Source: Candidatus Dojkabacteria bacterium (GTDB lineage: Bacteria; Patescibacteriota; Dojkabacteria; J137). Taken from it: a DNA stretch of 64,000 nt. Below, one piece after another: positions 39,766-49,538 of the stretch. The notes under the pieces were generated by a model. The model worked only from the letters and a program-made list of their open reading frames with translations, was not told where the DNA came from and made no database searches. The DNA lies in contig JBDTVZ010000001.1 in NCBI GenBank assembly GCA_040006935.1, positions 359,772 through 423,771 on the forward strand, given 5' to 3'. The position numbers were made by a program, and so were the translations under genes. Each line of letters opens with the position of its first letter. The stretch's first letter is position 1.

Positions 39766-40581
39766 TTAATTATTAATTAATATAATCATTGTCCTCTCAT
39801 GACCATAATTATCATAATTACTTTCTCCTAATTTCTTATTCCATTCAATAAATTTGGTTTTATCTCCTGTGTTTATTAGTTTTTGAATTTTCTGTTGGAA
39901 GTCTGAATGATTAAATGTCCGTTCGAAACCATCTGAATAGAGAACTACAATATCTCCTTGTTCTAAATTCACTTCACCTGTTAATGCTCCATAACTACCT
40001 TCTTTGTTAGTATTATTCCTAAATTCTTTTCGAACTAAAGTTCTTCCTTTGGAAGTTTTCCAATCAAAATCTTTCAAATCTTTATTTGCGTCGCTGAAGA
40101 AATATTTTTCAAAAATTTTTACAGAATTAGGAGTTTCAAATTTCAAATCCCAATCTTGAGAAAATACTTTAATTGCACAATCTCCAATAACTCCCCAATT
40201 TAATTTATGATCTTTTATCTTCGCACTTACTGCGACACATGCCCAAAAATCGTTCTCTAGGTAGTCTGGATTAGGATTTTTTTCCTGATTCAACTCTTTA
40301 ACCTTTCTATTTCCAAACTTGAAAGATTCCTCAATTGAATGAGTTTTCGAATAGTTTAAAAATTCATTTACAAAAAGATTAGATGCGAATTTTGCAGGGC
40401 TTGGATTTGGGTAATGCTCTTTATTTTCTTGACTATTTATATGTTCTACCTTAGAAACTCCAATTGGATCTCGTGTGATTCCATCTGCTACACAGAAAGT
40501 ATCTTGATTTAAAGAAAAAGCATCTTCCTGAGGTTTTTCAGAATATTTAGAACCATCGAATTGAAATGAGAAAATTTTCAT
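39766..40581 (-). CDS. PP2C/PPM-type phosphatase-like protein
   Basis: QED, CVADG, IGDC, LYSDG, terminal HERT (usually DD/DN). Confidence 0.8.
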   Translation of the reverse strand: MKIFSFQFDGSKYSEKPQEDAFSLNQDTFCVADGITRDPIGVSKVEHINSQENKEHYPNPSPAKFASNLFVNEFLNYSKTHSIEESFKFGNRKVKELNQEKNPNPDYLENDFWACVAVSAKIKDHKLNWGVIGDCAIKVFSQDWDLKFETPNSVKIFEKYFFSDANKDLKDFDWKTSKGRTLVRKEFRNNTNKEGSYGALTGEVNLEQGDIVVLYSDGFERTFNHSDFQQKIQKLINTGDKTKFIEWNKKLGESNYDNYGHERTMIILINN

Positions 40582-40589
40582 ATGTTAAT

Positions 40590-41825
40590 TTAAAGTTTTA
40601 ACAAAGTCTCTGCTTCTTTCTTAGAATGTACTAATTCAAATTCTCTTGGAGTTGCTGTTGTATAGATTGTTTGTTTTGTTCTAGCTTCAAATTCTTCAAA
40701 TTTTAAAGGTCTATTGTCTAGAGCAGATCTCATTCTAAATCCATAATCAACTAGATTTGTTTTCCTAGATAAATCTCCATTAAACATTCCTCCAACTTGT
40801 GGCACAGTAATGTGGGATTCATCTATAAAAGTTATGTGGTCATCTGGAAAATAATCTAATAGAGTAGATGGTGGAGTTCCTATTGCTCTTTTATCAATGT
40901 ATCTTGCATAATTCTCAATTCCTTTGCAGAAACCTGTTTCTTCGAGCATTTCCATATCGTAATTTACTCTTTGATTTAACCTGGAAGCTTCAATCATTTT
41001 TCCTGCATCGTTAAAAGCTTTGACTTCTTTTTCCAAATCTTCTCGTATTATTCCAATAGCGTTTTTCAATTTTTCTTCAGGACTGACGTAATGTTTTGCA
41101 GGATAAATTGTAATTTTTTCTACCTTATCAACTAATTCCCCACTAATTGGATTAATAATTCGGATAGTATCTAATTGGTCTCCAAAAAATTCCAATCTAA
41201 CAGCAACATCATCAGAAGTGGTTAAATTGATATCAATGGATTCTCCTCGAACTCTGTAAGATCCAGTAGCAAAATCATTTGTCCTTTCGTACTGCATGTC
41301 TCGCAATCTTGCTAAGATTTTTTCTCTATTAAAATCTTTCCCTACTTCTACTTCCATGCTCATTGCTTGGTAATCTTCTGGATTTCCTAAACCATAAATG
41401 CAACTCACTGTTGCAACAATAATTACATCTTTTCTAGATAAAAGCATTTGTGTTGCAGAGTTTCGGTATCTTTCAATTACTTCATTTATATCTGAATCTT
41501 TTTCAATGTACAAATCTCTCGAAGGAACGTAAGCTTCGGGTTGATAGTAATCGTAATAACTTACAAAGTATTCAACTGCATTTTCTGGGAAAAATTCTTT
41601 AAACTCCGAATAGAGTTGTGCTGACAATGTTTTATTGTGGGATAAAATTAGAGTTGGCCTTTGAATATTTTGAATAACATTCGCCATTGTAAAAGTTTTA
41701 CCTGTACCAGTTGCTCCAATTAAAGTTTGGTGTTTCATTCCTACTTCTAGACCTGCAGATAAAGTCTCTATTGCTAAAGGCTGGTCACCATCGGGTTTAT
41801 AGTTGGAATGTAGTTTAAATTTCAT
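40590..41825 (-). CDS. uvrB: Excinuclease ABC subunit B, N-terminal half only (411 aa)
   Basis: GATGTGKT, YYDYYQPEAY beta-hairpin, DESH, TATP; stops before helicase motifs IV-VI. Confidence 0.9.
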   Translation of the reverse strand: MKFKLHSNYKPDGDQPLAIETLSAGLEVGMKHQTLIGATGTGKTFTMANVIQNIQRPTLILSHNKTLSAQLYSEFKEFFPENAVEYFVSYYDYYQPEAYVPSRDLYIEKDSDINEVIERYRNSATQMLLSRKDVIIVATVSCIYGLGNPEDYQAMSMEVEVGKDFNREKILARLRDMQYERTNDFATGSYRVRGESIDINLTTSDDVAVRLEFFGDQLDTIRIINPISGELVDKVEKITIYPAKHYVSPEEKLKNAIGIIREDLEKEVKAFNDAGKMIEASRLNQRVNYDMEMLEETGFCKGIENYARYIDKRAIGTPPSTLLDYFPDDHITFIDESHITVPQVGGMFNGDLSRKTNLVDYGFRMRSALDNRPLKFEEFEARTKQTIYTTATPREFELVHSKKEAETLLKL

Positions 41826-41918
41826 GAGGTAATTATATCATTTATACGGACTTTACACTGAGTGCGCAAATCTACATCTCCTTACACCTAAAGGTGTTCG
41901 TCGTGTATCTTTGGGCCA

Positions 41919-42005
41919 TCCGTTTACTCTCCTGGCATCCAGCAATCTGAGATGTGGCCCTATTGTCCGCCTGCCCTCCCGTTAATCGGGAGCGAGCAGG
42001 TTGGA
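41919..42005 (-). repeat. Composite element relative (copy 6) with nested hairpin
   Basis: Reverse strand TCCAA-CCTGCTCGCTCCC..GGGAGGGCAGGCGGAC..TGCCAGGAGAGTAAA. Confidence 0.6.
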
Positions 42006-42095
42006 AGAGCAGGAGAGAGAAGGATGATTTAATAATATTGTGCATAAACCATAGTTAGCAGTATAATTAAAGAATACATTTTAAATACGGTAAAA

Positions 42096-42521
42096 ATGAT
42101 TGCAATGAGTACTTTTGATGAAGGAGCAGAGTTGACAGAATTTACACCTGAAGAAGGAGTTATCAGACAATTTGAACAATTCGCACAGTATGCAGATGAG
42201 TTGGTAAAAATATTACAGAATCAACAATCTCAGAGCACAGACTCAGAAATACTTGTAAAAAGCTTAACCCCTAACAAACGAACCTTCGATTTAACTGACT
42301 ATCCCAATATTATAACAATGGATAAGTTAAATGCTTTTGCCGATGACACTGGAACGGGTTCTTATTTAAAAGGAAGAGAGTTTAGGAATGCATTAAGAAT
42401 TCTAGGTGGGAAATACAGTCTTGATTTCAAAGAACTTTATAAATCTTTTGCACCATTCTTTGCAATAAATAGCAACGCAAGTCATAATAACGAATACATC
42501 TTTTTTGATCCAAGATCTTAA
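42096..42521 (+). CDS. Hypothetical protein
   Basis: 141-aa ORF translationally coupled (TAATG) to the next gene. Confidence 0.7.
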   Translation: MIAMSTFDEGAELTEFTPEEGVIRQFEQFAQYADELVKILQNQQSQSTDSEILVKSLTPNKRTFDLTDYPNIITMDKLNAFADDTGTGSYLKGREFRNALRILGGKYSLDFKELYKSFAPFFAINSNASHNNEYIFFDPRS

Positions 42522-43624
42522 TGAATCCTCAAGATTTCGAAAGTTTACAAGGACCTGAAAAATCTATAATTAATAGCGAACAAGCTAAATTACACGCAGT
42601 CAGCTTCTTACAAGAAATTTTCACAGAACCTAATCAAGTTTTTATTGCAGATCCAGATGTGTTCTTTTATAAAAAGGAATATAAAGATAGGGATAAAGTA
42701 GAGGTTGGCGTCTTCTCAGTAGGTATTAATCTAGAAATTGATGGCTCTGATAACGAAATAGTTCATTTAATAGAAAAAACCACAAATCCAGAAATTGCAA
42801 ATTACCTCAATAATAAAATAATTATAGCTAGAAGATTAAGAGATATTTTTAATCGAAAAGGTATTGAGTTAGAAGATGAAACAATCACAATTCAGGAGTT
42901 AAGAAATATTTGTGGCTCGGAAATTCCTGTAAGAATGCTAATGTACTTATTTGATACAACAGCAAGAGGTGAAGTTAAGAAAGAAACAATAGATTCTTTA
43001 TTAAACGGCGAAATTACTGCAAAAATAGAGCTTGCTTATAAAAGAATTCATAATGCGAAACGAGCTATCGCAAACGAAATAGAAAATTATGAAATTTTCT
43101 ATCATAAGGGATTCAATACTTTCTGTGCGTTAAAAACTATTGCAAGAGATCAAGCTGAAGAGAGTGCGAATGACAATGCTTATTTTATATTCACCTTGAA
43201 TGAAAGAAACTTAATAGTATTAGAAGAGGAAGGTAATTTTTTCTCAGAAGAAAATGGTGTTTTTGAATTATTACTAAAAGAGTTATCACGTATGTATTTA
43301 TCAGAACTTACACACGGAGATTTACATTTTAGAAATGTTGGTTATTTAAGGGAAAAAATTAAAAACATAATGCTCTTTGATTTAGTTAGATCTACTTCCG
43401 ATGGTGTTAATCATCCTACAAGAATTCAAAATGATTTAATTCTTTTTAGAAATACCGTAATCGTCATGTTAAGAAACTCATTTGATATTGATAAGAATTA
43501 CGTAAAGTCGCTTATCGATCAATTCTTAGAGGAAATAAAACCAATTTTTGAAAATAATCAAAGTAATTACGATAGTATATTGGATAGTTTTATAAGTATT
43601 TACGAAGAGATTGATTCAAAATAA
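42521..43624 (+). CDS. Protein kinase-like (RIO/Bud32/APH-type fold) protein
   Basis: HGDLHFRNV catalytic loop, LFDL, later ND. Confidence 0.6.
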   Translation: MNPQDFESLQGPEKSIINSEQAKLHAVSFLQEIFTEPNQVFIADPDVFFYKKEYKDRDKVEVGVFSVGINLEIDGSDNEIVHLIEKTTNPEIANYLNNKIIIARRLRDIFNRKGIELEDETITIQELRNICGSEIPVRMLMYLFDTTARGEVKKETIDSLLNGEITAKIELAYKRIHNAKRAIANEIENYEIFYHKGFNTFCALKTIARDQAEESANDNAYFIFTLNERNLIVLEEEGNFFSEENGVFELLLKELSRMYLSELTHGDLHFRNVGYLREKIKNIMLFDLVRSTSDGVNHPTRIQNDLILFRNTVIVMLRNSFDIDKNYVKSLIDQFLEEIKPIFENNQSNYDSILDSFISIYEEIDSK

Positions 43625-43634
43625 TTTCATTTCT

Positions 43635-44312
43635 TCATTTTTCATTCTTTAATTCAGTGACGCATCCGCAGACTTTACTCCATTCTGGATCATTAATGCA
43701 TTTAGGATTTCGTGCAGTGCACAGGTATCTTCCATGAAAAACTAATCTTAAAGCCCATTCATTCCATTCTTTTTGTGGAAATAATTTCATTAAATCCTGT
43801 TCTACTTTTACCGGATCGTCTCCTCCATCACTTAAACCTAATCTTCTTGAAGTTCTTAAAACATGTATGTCTACAACAAAACCTACTGGCAAAATTCCTT
43901 TTTTATGTGTAAACCACTCATTTAGAACAACATTCGCAGTCTTTCTCCCTATACCAGGAAGTTCTGTTAATTCTTCCATTGTAGCCGGAACGTTACTGTT
44001 AAATTTATCTCTCAACATTTGAGCTAACTTTACTAAATTCCTTGCTTTAGTTTTATAGTAATTAATTCCAGTAACATATTTTTCAATTTCAGATGGTTTT
44101 GCATTTGCTAAATCTTCAATATTTTTATACTTAGCAAATAGAGCAGGTGTTTTTTTATTTACTGTAGTATCAAGCGTTTGTGCAGAAAGCATTACTGAAA
44201 CAAGAAGCTGAAATGCAGATTTATGATGGAGCGGTGTTTCGACAGTTGGATAGTCCCGAATTAATAATTCTTTAATCTTTTTTAATTTAGCTTCAGAAAT
44301 CATAACAATCAA
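43635..44312 (-). CDS. nth: Endonuclease III
   Basis: LSAQT, LPGIGRKTANVV HhH, VDIHV, C-terminal Cys cluster (variant spacing). Confidence 0.93.
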   Translation of the reverse strand: MIVMISEAKLKKIKELLIRDYPTVETPLHHKSAFQLLVSVMLSAQTLDTTVNKKTPALFAKYKNIEDLANAKPSEIEKYVTGINYYKTKARNLVKLAQMLRDKFNSNVPATMEELTELPGIGRKTANVVLNEWFTHKKGILPVGFVVDIHVLRTSRRLGLSDGGDDPVKVEQDLMKLFPQKEWNEWALRLVFHGRYLCTARNPKCINDPEWSKVCGCVTELKNEK

Positions 44313-44429
44313 CTAGTAACCAGTAACTCGCAACTACTTATTATCGCTAAAAATATCTGAAAAGAGAAGATAGTTTAAAAAATACGAAGTTTCAGGATAT
44401 AATAAAGTATTAAATTTTAAAAGATAATT

Positions 44430-45083
44430 ATGCCTGATGATGCTGATAATATTGAAAACCTTAGTAATAGACCACAGCCAGGAGTAGATCCAATAGTTAT
44501 TGGAAGAGCAATTGGATTACTAAATCAAGATGGATCACACATGCATAAAAAAATAACTGTTGATGAAAAAATGAGTGAAAAAATTGAAGACAGGATGAAA
44601 GCAATCAGAAGAAAAATTAGAGTTGGAGGATGGGATTTACTTGATGAAATTAATCCTCAAGAGGGAGCAAGAAGAAAAGAGTTGAAAGAAAAAAGTAATA
44701 ATGAAGGCTTAACAAAAGCCGAGCAAGGAGAGTTGAGCACTCTCACAGAAAAATCTAATTCACTTGGTATCAAAGCATTAAGTCATGCTGAGTTATATTT
44801 TTGGGTAACATTGAATAGTTTTTTAGGTTTTAAATTCAACACACATTCAAGAGAAGCTATTGCCAAAGAGTTGAAAAACCCCAGTGTTTCGAGAGTCGAA
44901 GATTTAGTTGAAGATTTTATTCGTCACTTAGACTTAATCAGCTTGGTAAGAGGTTTGAGAGATGCAGAAGAACAAGGTGGTGTAGCTGGAGTAATAGATA
45001 CTTTAAGACCAGAACCACCAGTCCCTGGTGAATATCCTGATGATGAAGATGATAGTGGAGATATGTCTGAACCTATTATTTAA
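44430..45083 (+). CDS. Hypothetical protein
   Basis: 217-aa ORF. Confidence 0.7.
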   Translation: MPDDADNIENLSNRPQPGVDPIVIGRAIGLLNQDGSHMHKKITVDEKMSEKIEDRMKAIRRKIRVGGWDLLDEINPQEGARRKELKEKSNNEGLTKAEQGELSTLTEKSNSLGIKALSHAELYFWVTLNSFLGFKFNTHSREAIAKELKNPSVSRVEDLVEDFIRHLDLISLVRGLRDAEEQGGVAGVIDTLRPEPPVPGEYPDDEDDSGDMSEPII

Positions 45084-45092
45084 ATAATTATT

Positions 45093-45842
45093 ATGAACTT
45101 AAAAAATAAAACAGTTTTAGTCACAGGATCCTCAACCGGAATTGGTAGAGCAATTGCAGAAGCATTTGCTAAAGAAGGTGCAAATGTAATTTTAAATTAT
45201 AGAAATAATAAAACAGAAGGTGAAAAAGTGCTTTCAGAATTAAAAAATTACGAAGGGAAATCTACTCTAATTCAAGCAGATATGGCTAAAGAAGAAGATG
45301 TAAAAAGACTATTTAAAGAAATTGAAAAGGGATACGGAGTTCTTGATATTTTAGTTAATAATGCAGGAGATGCACAAGGAATTGATGTTCTAAGTTCCGA
45401 TATTAAAGACTGGGAATATCAAATGGATAATAATTATTTAAGTGCAGTAATGGCATCTAGAGAGTTTTTAAAAATGAAAGGTTCGGCAGAATTAAGAAAG
45501 ATTATTAATATTTCTTCAGTTTATGGATTTGATGATAAATGTCATGCAGATTATATGGCTTATGGTGCATCCAAAGCTGCGATTAATAGTTTAACTAAGA
45601 ATATGGCAAAAAAATTTGCTCCAAATGTTTTAATAAATGCAATTGCACCAGGATATGTAATGACACCGCATTGGGGAGAAATGAGTGGAAAAGAAGTAAA
45701 AGAAAACGCAGATCAACAATTAATACAAAGATTCATTGAACCCTCAGAAATAGCAGAGGGAGCTATCTTCCTTGGGAAAAATGATTCCATGACTGGAACA
45801 ATAATATTAATGGACGGAGGGATAAGTTTGAAGACAGTTTAG
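45093..45842 (+). CDS. Short-chain dehydrogenase/reductase (FabG-like)
   Basis: TGSSTGIG, NNAG, YGASK, IAPG. Confidence 0.93.
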   Translation: MNLKNKTVLVTGSSTGIGRAIAEAFAKEGANVILNYRNNKTEGEKVLSELKNYEGKSTLIQADMAKEEDVKRLFKEIEKGYGVLDILVNNAGDAQGIDVLSSDIKDWEYQMDNNYLSAVMASREFLKMKGSAELRKIINISSVYGFDDKCHADYMAYGASKAAINSLTKNMAKKFAPNVLINAIAPGYVMTPHWGEMSGKEVKENADQQLIQRFIEPSEIAEGAIFLGKNDSMTGTIILMDGGISLKTV

Positions 45843-45989
45843 AATTTAAGTCCTGTACATATTTAGAGAATTTATTATAATTATGGGACTTCGATGTCAT
45901 TGCGAGGAACGAAGTGAGGAAGCAATCTCACACAAATTAGTAGAGACGATTGAGCTACTCATCTGAAAACTGATGACTCCAAATTATGT

Positions 45990-46061
45990 GCTAGGGTAGC
46001 TCAGCTTGTAGAGTACTCGCCTGAAGAGCGAGGTGTCGACAGTCCCAGCCGCCCTCTGGCA
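45990..46061 (+). pseudogene. Pseudo-tRNA-Phe(GAA), inverted duplicate of 47364-47439
   Basis: 5 substitutions and 1 deletion versus the intact copy; T-arm and D-loop GG disrupted; no CCA. Confidence 0.85.
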
Positions 46062-46139
46062 CGATAAATTTACTTCAATTAATTCCTCTCCAGAATTATT
46101 ATTTATGATAGACTTTCGTATATTTATTAAATAAATAAT

Positions 46140-46355
46140 ATGCATCAGAATAATTTATTAGGTTCACTACCAAATCAAGTCAGAGTAGACTTAGGAGCGA
46201 CTGTTCAAGAATTAATTTTTGAAAAGTTAAAATTATTAACAGATAATGGCCTATCAATAAAGGATGCCGCTAAGATTATCGAAGACTCTCTACGAAATAT
46301 AGTTGGCGAAGAAGGGGATTTAAGCAAATATCTAATCGAAAATAGCGATAAATAG
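46140..46355 (+). CDS. Small hypothetical protein
   Basis: 71-aa ORF. Confidence 0.55.
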   Translation: MHQNNLLGSLPNQVRVDLGATVQELIFEKLKLLTDNGLSIKDAAKIIEDSLRNIVGEEGDLSKYLIENSDK

Positions 46356-46411
46356 AAATAAGAATTAGAGAATATAAACTAAGAATCTCATTTAAAATAA
46401 AAAAGACACAA

Positions 46412-46485
46412 TGAGCGATGAGGGATTCGAACCCCCGACCCCCTCGGTGTAAACGAGATGCTCTAGCCAGCTGAGCTAATCGCTC
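46412..46485 (-). tRNA. tRNA-Val(TAC)
   Basis: GAGCGAT..ATCGCTC acceptor stem, loop TTTACAC, GGTTCGAATCC. Confidence 0.95.
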
Positions 46486-46605
46486 ATTGTATTCCTTCTA
46501 TTTAATTTTTAATTCTTTCTTACTCGGTGTAACCTGTTCACCCACCTTAGACCGATACAATACTATAATCTGTATCAGTGGAGTGATACAGATTATAGCA
46601 GAACT

Positions 46606-47286
46606 TTACAGAGTTTCAAAAGAATTAAGAATGGCATTAAATTCATCTTTATTAGTACTACCATTCTCTAAAGAAATAGTTACATAAATTGTATTACCTG
46701 TAAATTTACTTGTAAAAGAATACTGAGCTTGGTGGAATGAAAGCCCACTTAAAGTACCATCCCATTCTATTTTACACACTTCTTGACCATTAACTGTTAC
46801 TACAGCACTTGTAGCAGATTGTGGGTCAACATTTAAACTATCCTTAATACTACCAATTAGTTCTGTTTTATAACTTGAACAACCTAGTGAAGTTGCTTCT
46901 ACTGTTTCATTGGAAGAATAGACATTCATATTATCGTTAAAATCACCAGCAACATTTAAACTAGGATCTTTACTGTAAACATAAATAATATCTGCAGAAT
47001 CATCTAATACAAATTTTTTAGGGTAAGAGAAAGTAAATTCAAATGAATCTTTTCCATCATATTGAAGAGTATTTGAAGTTGTAGGTTGAGGTTGTGGAAC
47101 TGGTACTGGTGCTGGAGTAACAATAGGTGGTGTCGCACAAGGACCAGTAGTTGAACTAAAGAATGGACCTTTGTAACTACAGGTTCCATTAACTTCAAAA
47201 TGACCAATGAATGCAAATCCTGCTAGCACACTACAACAACAGCACAGGGGGATTAATATTAACAAAGCTATAACTACTTTCTTCAT
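46606..47286 (-). CDS. Exported PsbP/DcrB-like protein with poly-Cys signal anchor
   Basis: PLCCCCS anchor, Pro-rich linker, FTFSYPK, FNAILNSF. Confidence 0.65.
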   Translation of the reverse strand: MKKVVIALLILIPLCCCCSVLAGFAFIGHFEVNGTCSYKGPFFSSTTGPCATPPIVTPAPVPVPQPQPTTSNTLQYDGKDSFEFTFSYPKKFVLDDSADIIYVYSKDPSLNVAGDFNDNMNVYSSNETVEATSLGCSSYKTELIGSIKDSLNVDPQSATSAVVTVNGQEVCKIEWDGTLSGLSFHQAQYSFTSKFTGNTIYVTISLENGSTNKDEFNAILNSFETL

Positions 47287-47363
47287 AAAAAGAGGTAAAA
47301 ATTAGATTTAGAGAATTATATCAGAATTAGAAATGAAGGGGATAAAACAGAAGTTTGATAATT

Positions 47364-47439
47364 TGGTGCCAGAGGGCGGACTCGGACCGCCGACACCTCG
47401 CTCTTCAGGCGAGTGCTCTACCAGCTGAGCTACCCTAGC
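47364..47439 (-). tRNA. tRNA-Phe(GAA)
   Basis: Full cloverleaf, loop CTGAAGA, encoded CCA; T-loop variant TCCGAGT. Confidence 0.93.
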
Positions 47440-47507
47440 AACCAAATGCTGATAATTATAATAAAATTATCCAGTATACACAATACTAAAATCATTTTCA
47501 GACTCTT

Positions 47508-47969
47508 TTATTGCTCCCCCAGAAGACTTTTCAATTGCACACAAAAGGCTTCGAGTTCTTTTACAATATCCCTATCCTTTTGACCCATAAATGTAAAAGT
47601 TCCATTTGTGTCTATATTTTTATTGATGTGAACTGTAAGAGCACAGATAAAATCAAATAGGTCTTTAGCAGCGGCACTGCCATTTTTTAAAGCTAAAACA
47701 CTGAAAGTAGGATCTGAAGATTTAAAATCATCTAGGAGTTTCTTTACAGTATTAAGCCACTTTTTACTCTCAAACCCTCCTAGCGAGGATACATTTACAG
47801 CTTGAATTAACATTTCTAAACTTCCTAGCGAGGCTATTAGCTTTAATTGGTTATTATCGAAATTACCTAATGTCTCATCAGTATTTAAAATTACAGTAGT
47901 CTCTTCGGGTAGAACGTCCACTAATTCTGTACTGGAAGAGTCTGCATCTAATGTGTCAGCCATAAACAT
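47508..47969 (-). CDS. Hypothetical protein
   Basis: 153-aa ORF. Confidence 0.65.
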   Translation of the reverse strand: MFMADTLDADSSSTELVDVLPEETTVILNTDETLGNFDNNQLKLIASLGSLEMLIQAVNVSSLGGFESKKWLNTVKKLLDDFKSSDPTFSVLALKNGSAAAKDLFDFICALTVHINKNIDTNGTFTFMGQKDRDIVKELEAFCVQLKSLLGEQ

Positions 47970-48256
47970 ACTTTAATTTATATAAGATTACGATGTTACC
48001 AAATTATGGTAATTGTGTACACTTTTATCTACTAATATATGAATACAGAGAGAGGGTAACATCTCTTAGCTGAAATAACAAAAGAGTATAATAGATGGGC
48101 TAAAGCCAATAGAAATCTTGAAATTCGCAAGCTCACCTAGATTTCTAATTGTAAAGTCTTACAAGAAATCAAAAAGATGTAGATTAATATAAAAGCTAGT
48201 ATAATAAGTTGAGATTCAACTATTAACTAAGAACTCTTAACTATTAACTAATTTCA

Positions 48257-49537
48257 ATGTCTTCATTAGTAATACAAGGTGGTCATGCTTTAAACGGAAC
48301 CGTTGTTCCAATGCCTAACAAAAATTCGATACTTAAGCTTATTCCTGCAGCTGTTTTAACAGATGCTCCAGTTACATTTCACAATGTTCCAAAAAGCTCT
48401 GCTGTACGTATTCTATTACAGATTTTTAGACAACTTGGTGGGAAAGTAGCGTATCTAAAAGGTGATTCAATAAGATTGGATGGTGCAGGAATTAATACTT
48501 CAGCAATTAACGAAGAACTAGCTGGGAAAGAAAGAGCTTCTTTTTTATTTTTAGGACCTTTGGTTTCTAGATTCGGAAGTGCTTCCATTAGAGATGGTGG
48601 AGGATGCAAATTAGGGAATAGACCATTAGATACGATGTTTCAAGGTTTGGAAGGACTTGGAGTTCAAGTTGATAAAGGTGATGGATACAAGATTAAAGCT
48701 AAAGAATTAAAAGGTGCTCATATTTGGTTAATTGAAGCTTCAGTTACAGGAACAGAAAATTTAGTATTAGCCGCAGTTAAAGCAAAAGGAATCACAACAA
48801 TTTACAATGCAGCTTGTGAGCCGCACACTCAAGATTTATGTAATTTCCTAGTTTCTGTTGGAGCAAAAATTGAAGGAATTGGAACAAATAAATTAGTTAT
48901 TGAAGGAGTTGAGAACTTAAGTGGAGGAGAGTGGACAGTAATTTCTGACCATGTAGATATCGGTGGATTGATTGTTGCTGCATTAGTTACGGACGGTGAA
49001 TTAACAATTAAGAATGCAATCCCAGAGCACATGACTCAAATTATTAATTACTTTAGAAAGCTAAATGCCAAGATTACTATAAAAGGGAAGGATATTCATA
49101 TTCCAAAAGATCAGGATTTAAAAGCATTGCCAAATATTAAAGGTGATATGGATAAGATTAACGACCTGCCATGGCCAGGATTTCCTGTAGACTTGATTCC
49201 ACAGGCATTAATTCTTGCTTTAAAAGCTAAAGGAAATATTAGAGTTTATTCTAATTTATACGAAGTTCAATTAATTGAATTGTTTGCAGAATTGTTTAAG
49301 ATGCAAGCAAAAATGACAATGGCGAATCCTAATATGATTTTGACCCATGGAGCAACTGAATTTGTTGGAACAAAAGTAAATGCTTCTACAATTTTACAAT
49401 GTACACATGCATTAGTACTTGCAGGACTGGCAGCAAGAGGAAAAACAACAGTAGAAAATGCAGATATTATTTATAGAAGATTCCCTGAAATTGTTCAAAC
49501 TTTAAATGCACTTGGTGCGAAAATTGAGAAGGCTTAA
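48257..49537 (+). CDS. murA: UDP-N-acetylglucosamine 1-carboxyvinyltransferase
   Basis: KNS, RAS, GGCKLGNRP (Cys retained), SVTGTEN, WPGFPVD. Confidence 0.95.
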   Translation: MSSLVIQGGHALNGTVVPMPNKNSILKLIPAAVLTDAPVTFHNVPKSSAVRILLQIFRQLGGKVAYLKGDSIRLDGAGINTSAINEELAGKERASFLFLGPLVSRFGSASIRDGGGCKLGNRPLDTMFQGLEGLGVQVDKGDGYKIKAKELKGAHIWLIEASVTGTENLVLAAVKAKGITTIYNAACEPHTQDLCNFLVSVGAKIEGIGTNKLVIEGVENLSGGEWTVISDHVDIGGLIVAALVTDGELTIKNAIPEHMTQIINYFRKLNAKITIKGKDIHIPKDQDLKALPNIKGDMDKINDLPWPGFPVDLIPQALILALKAKGNIRVYSNLYEVQLIELFAELFKMQAKMTMANPNMILTHGATEFVGTKVNASTILQCTHALVLAGLAARGKTTVENADIIYRRFPEIVQTLNALGAKIEKA

Positions 49538-49538
49538 T

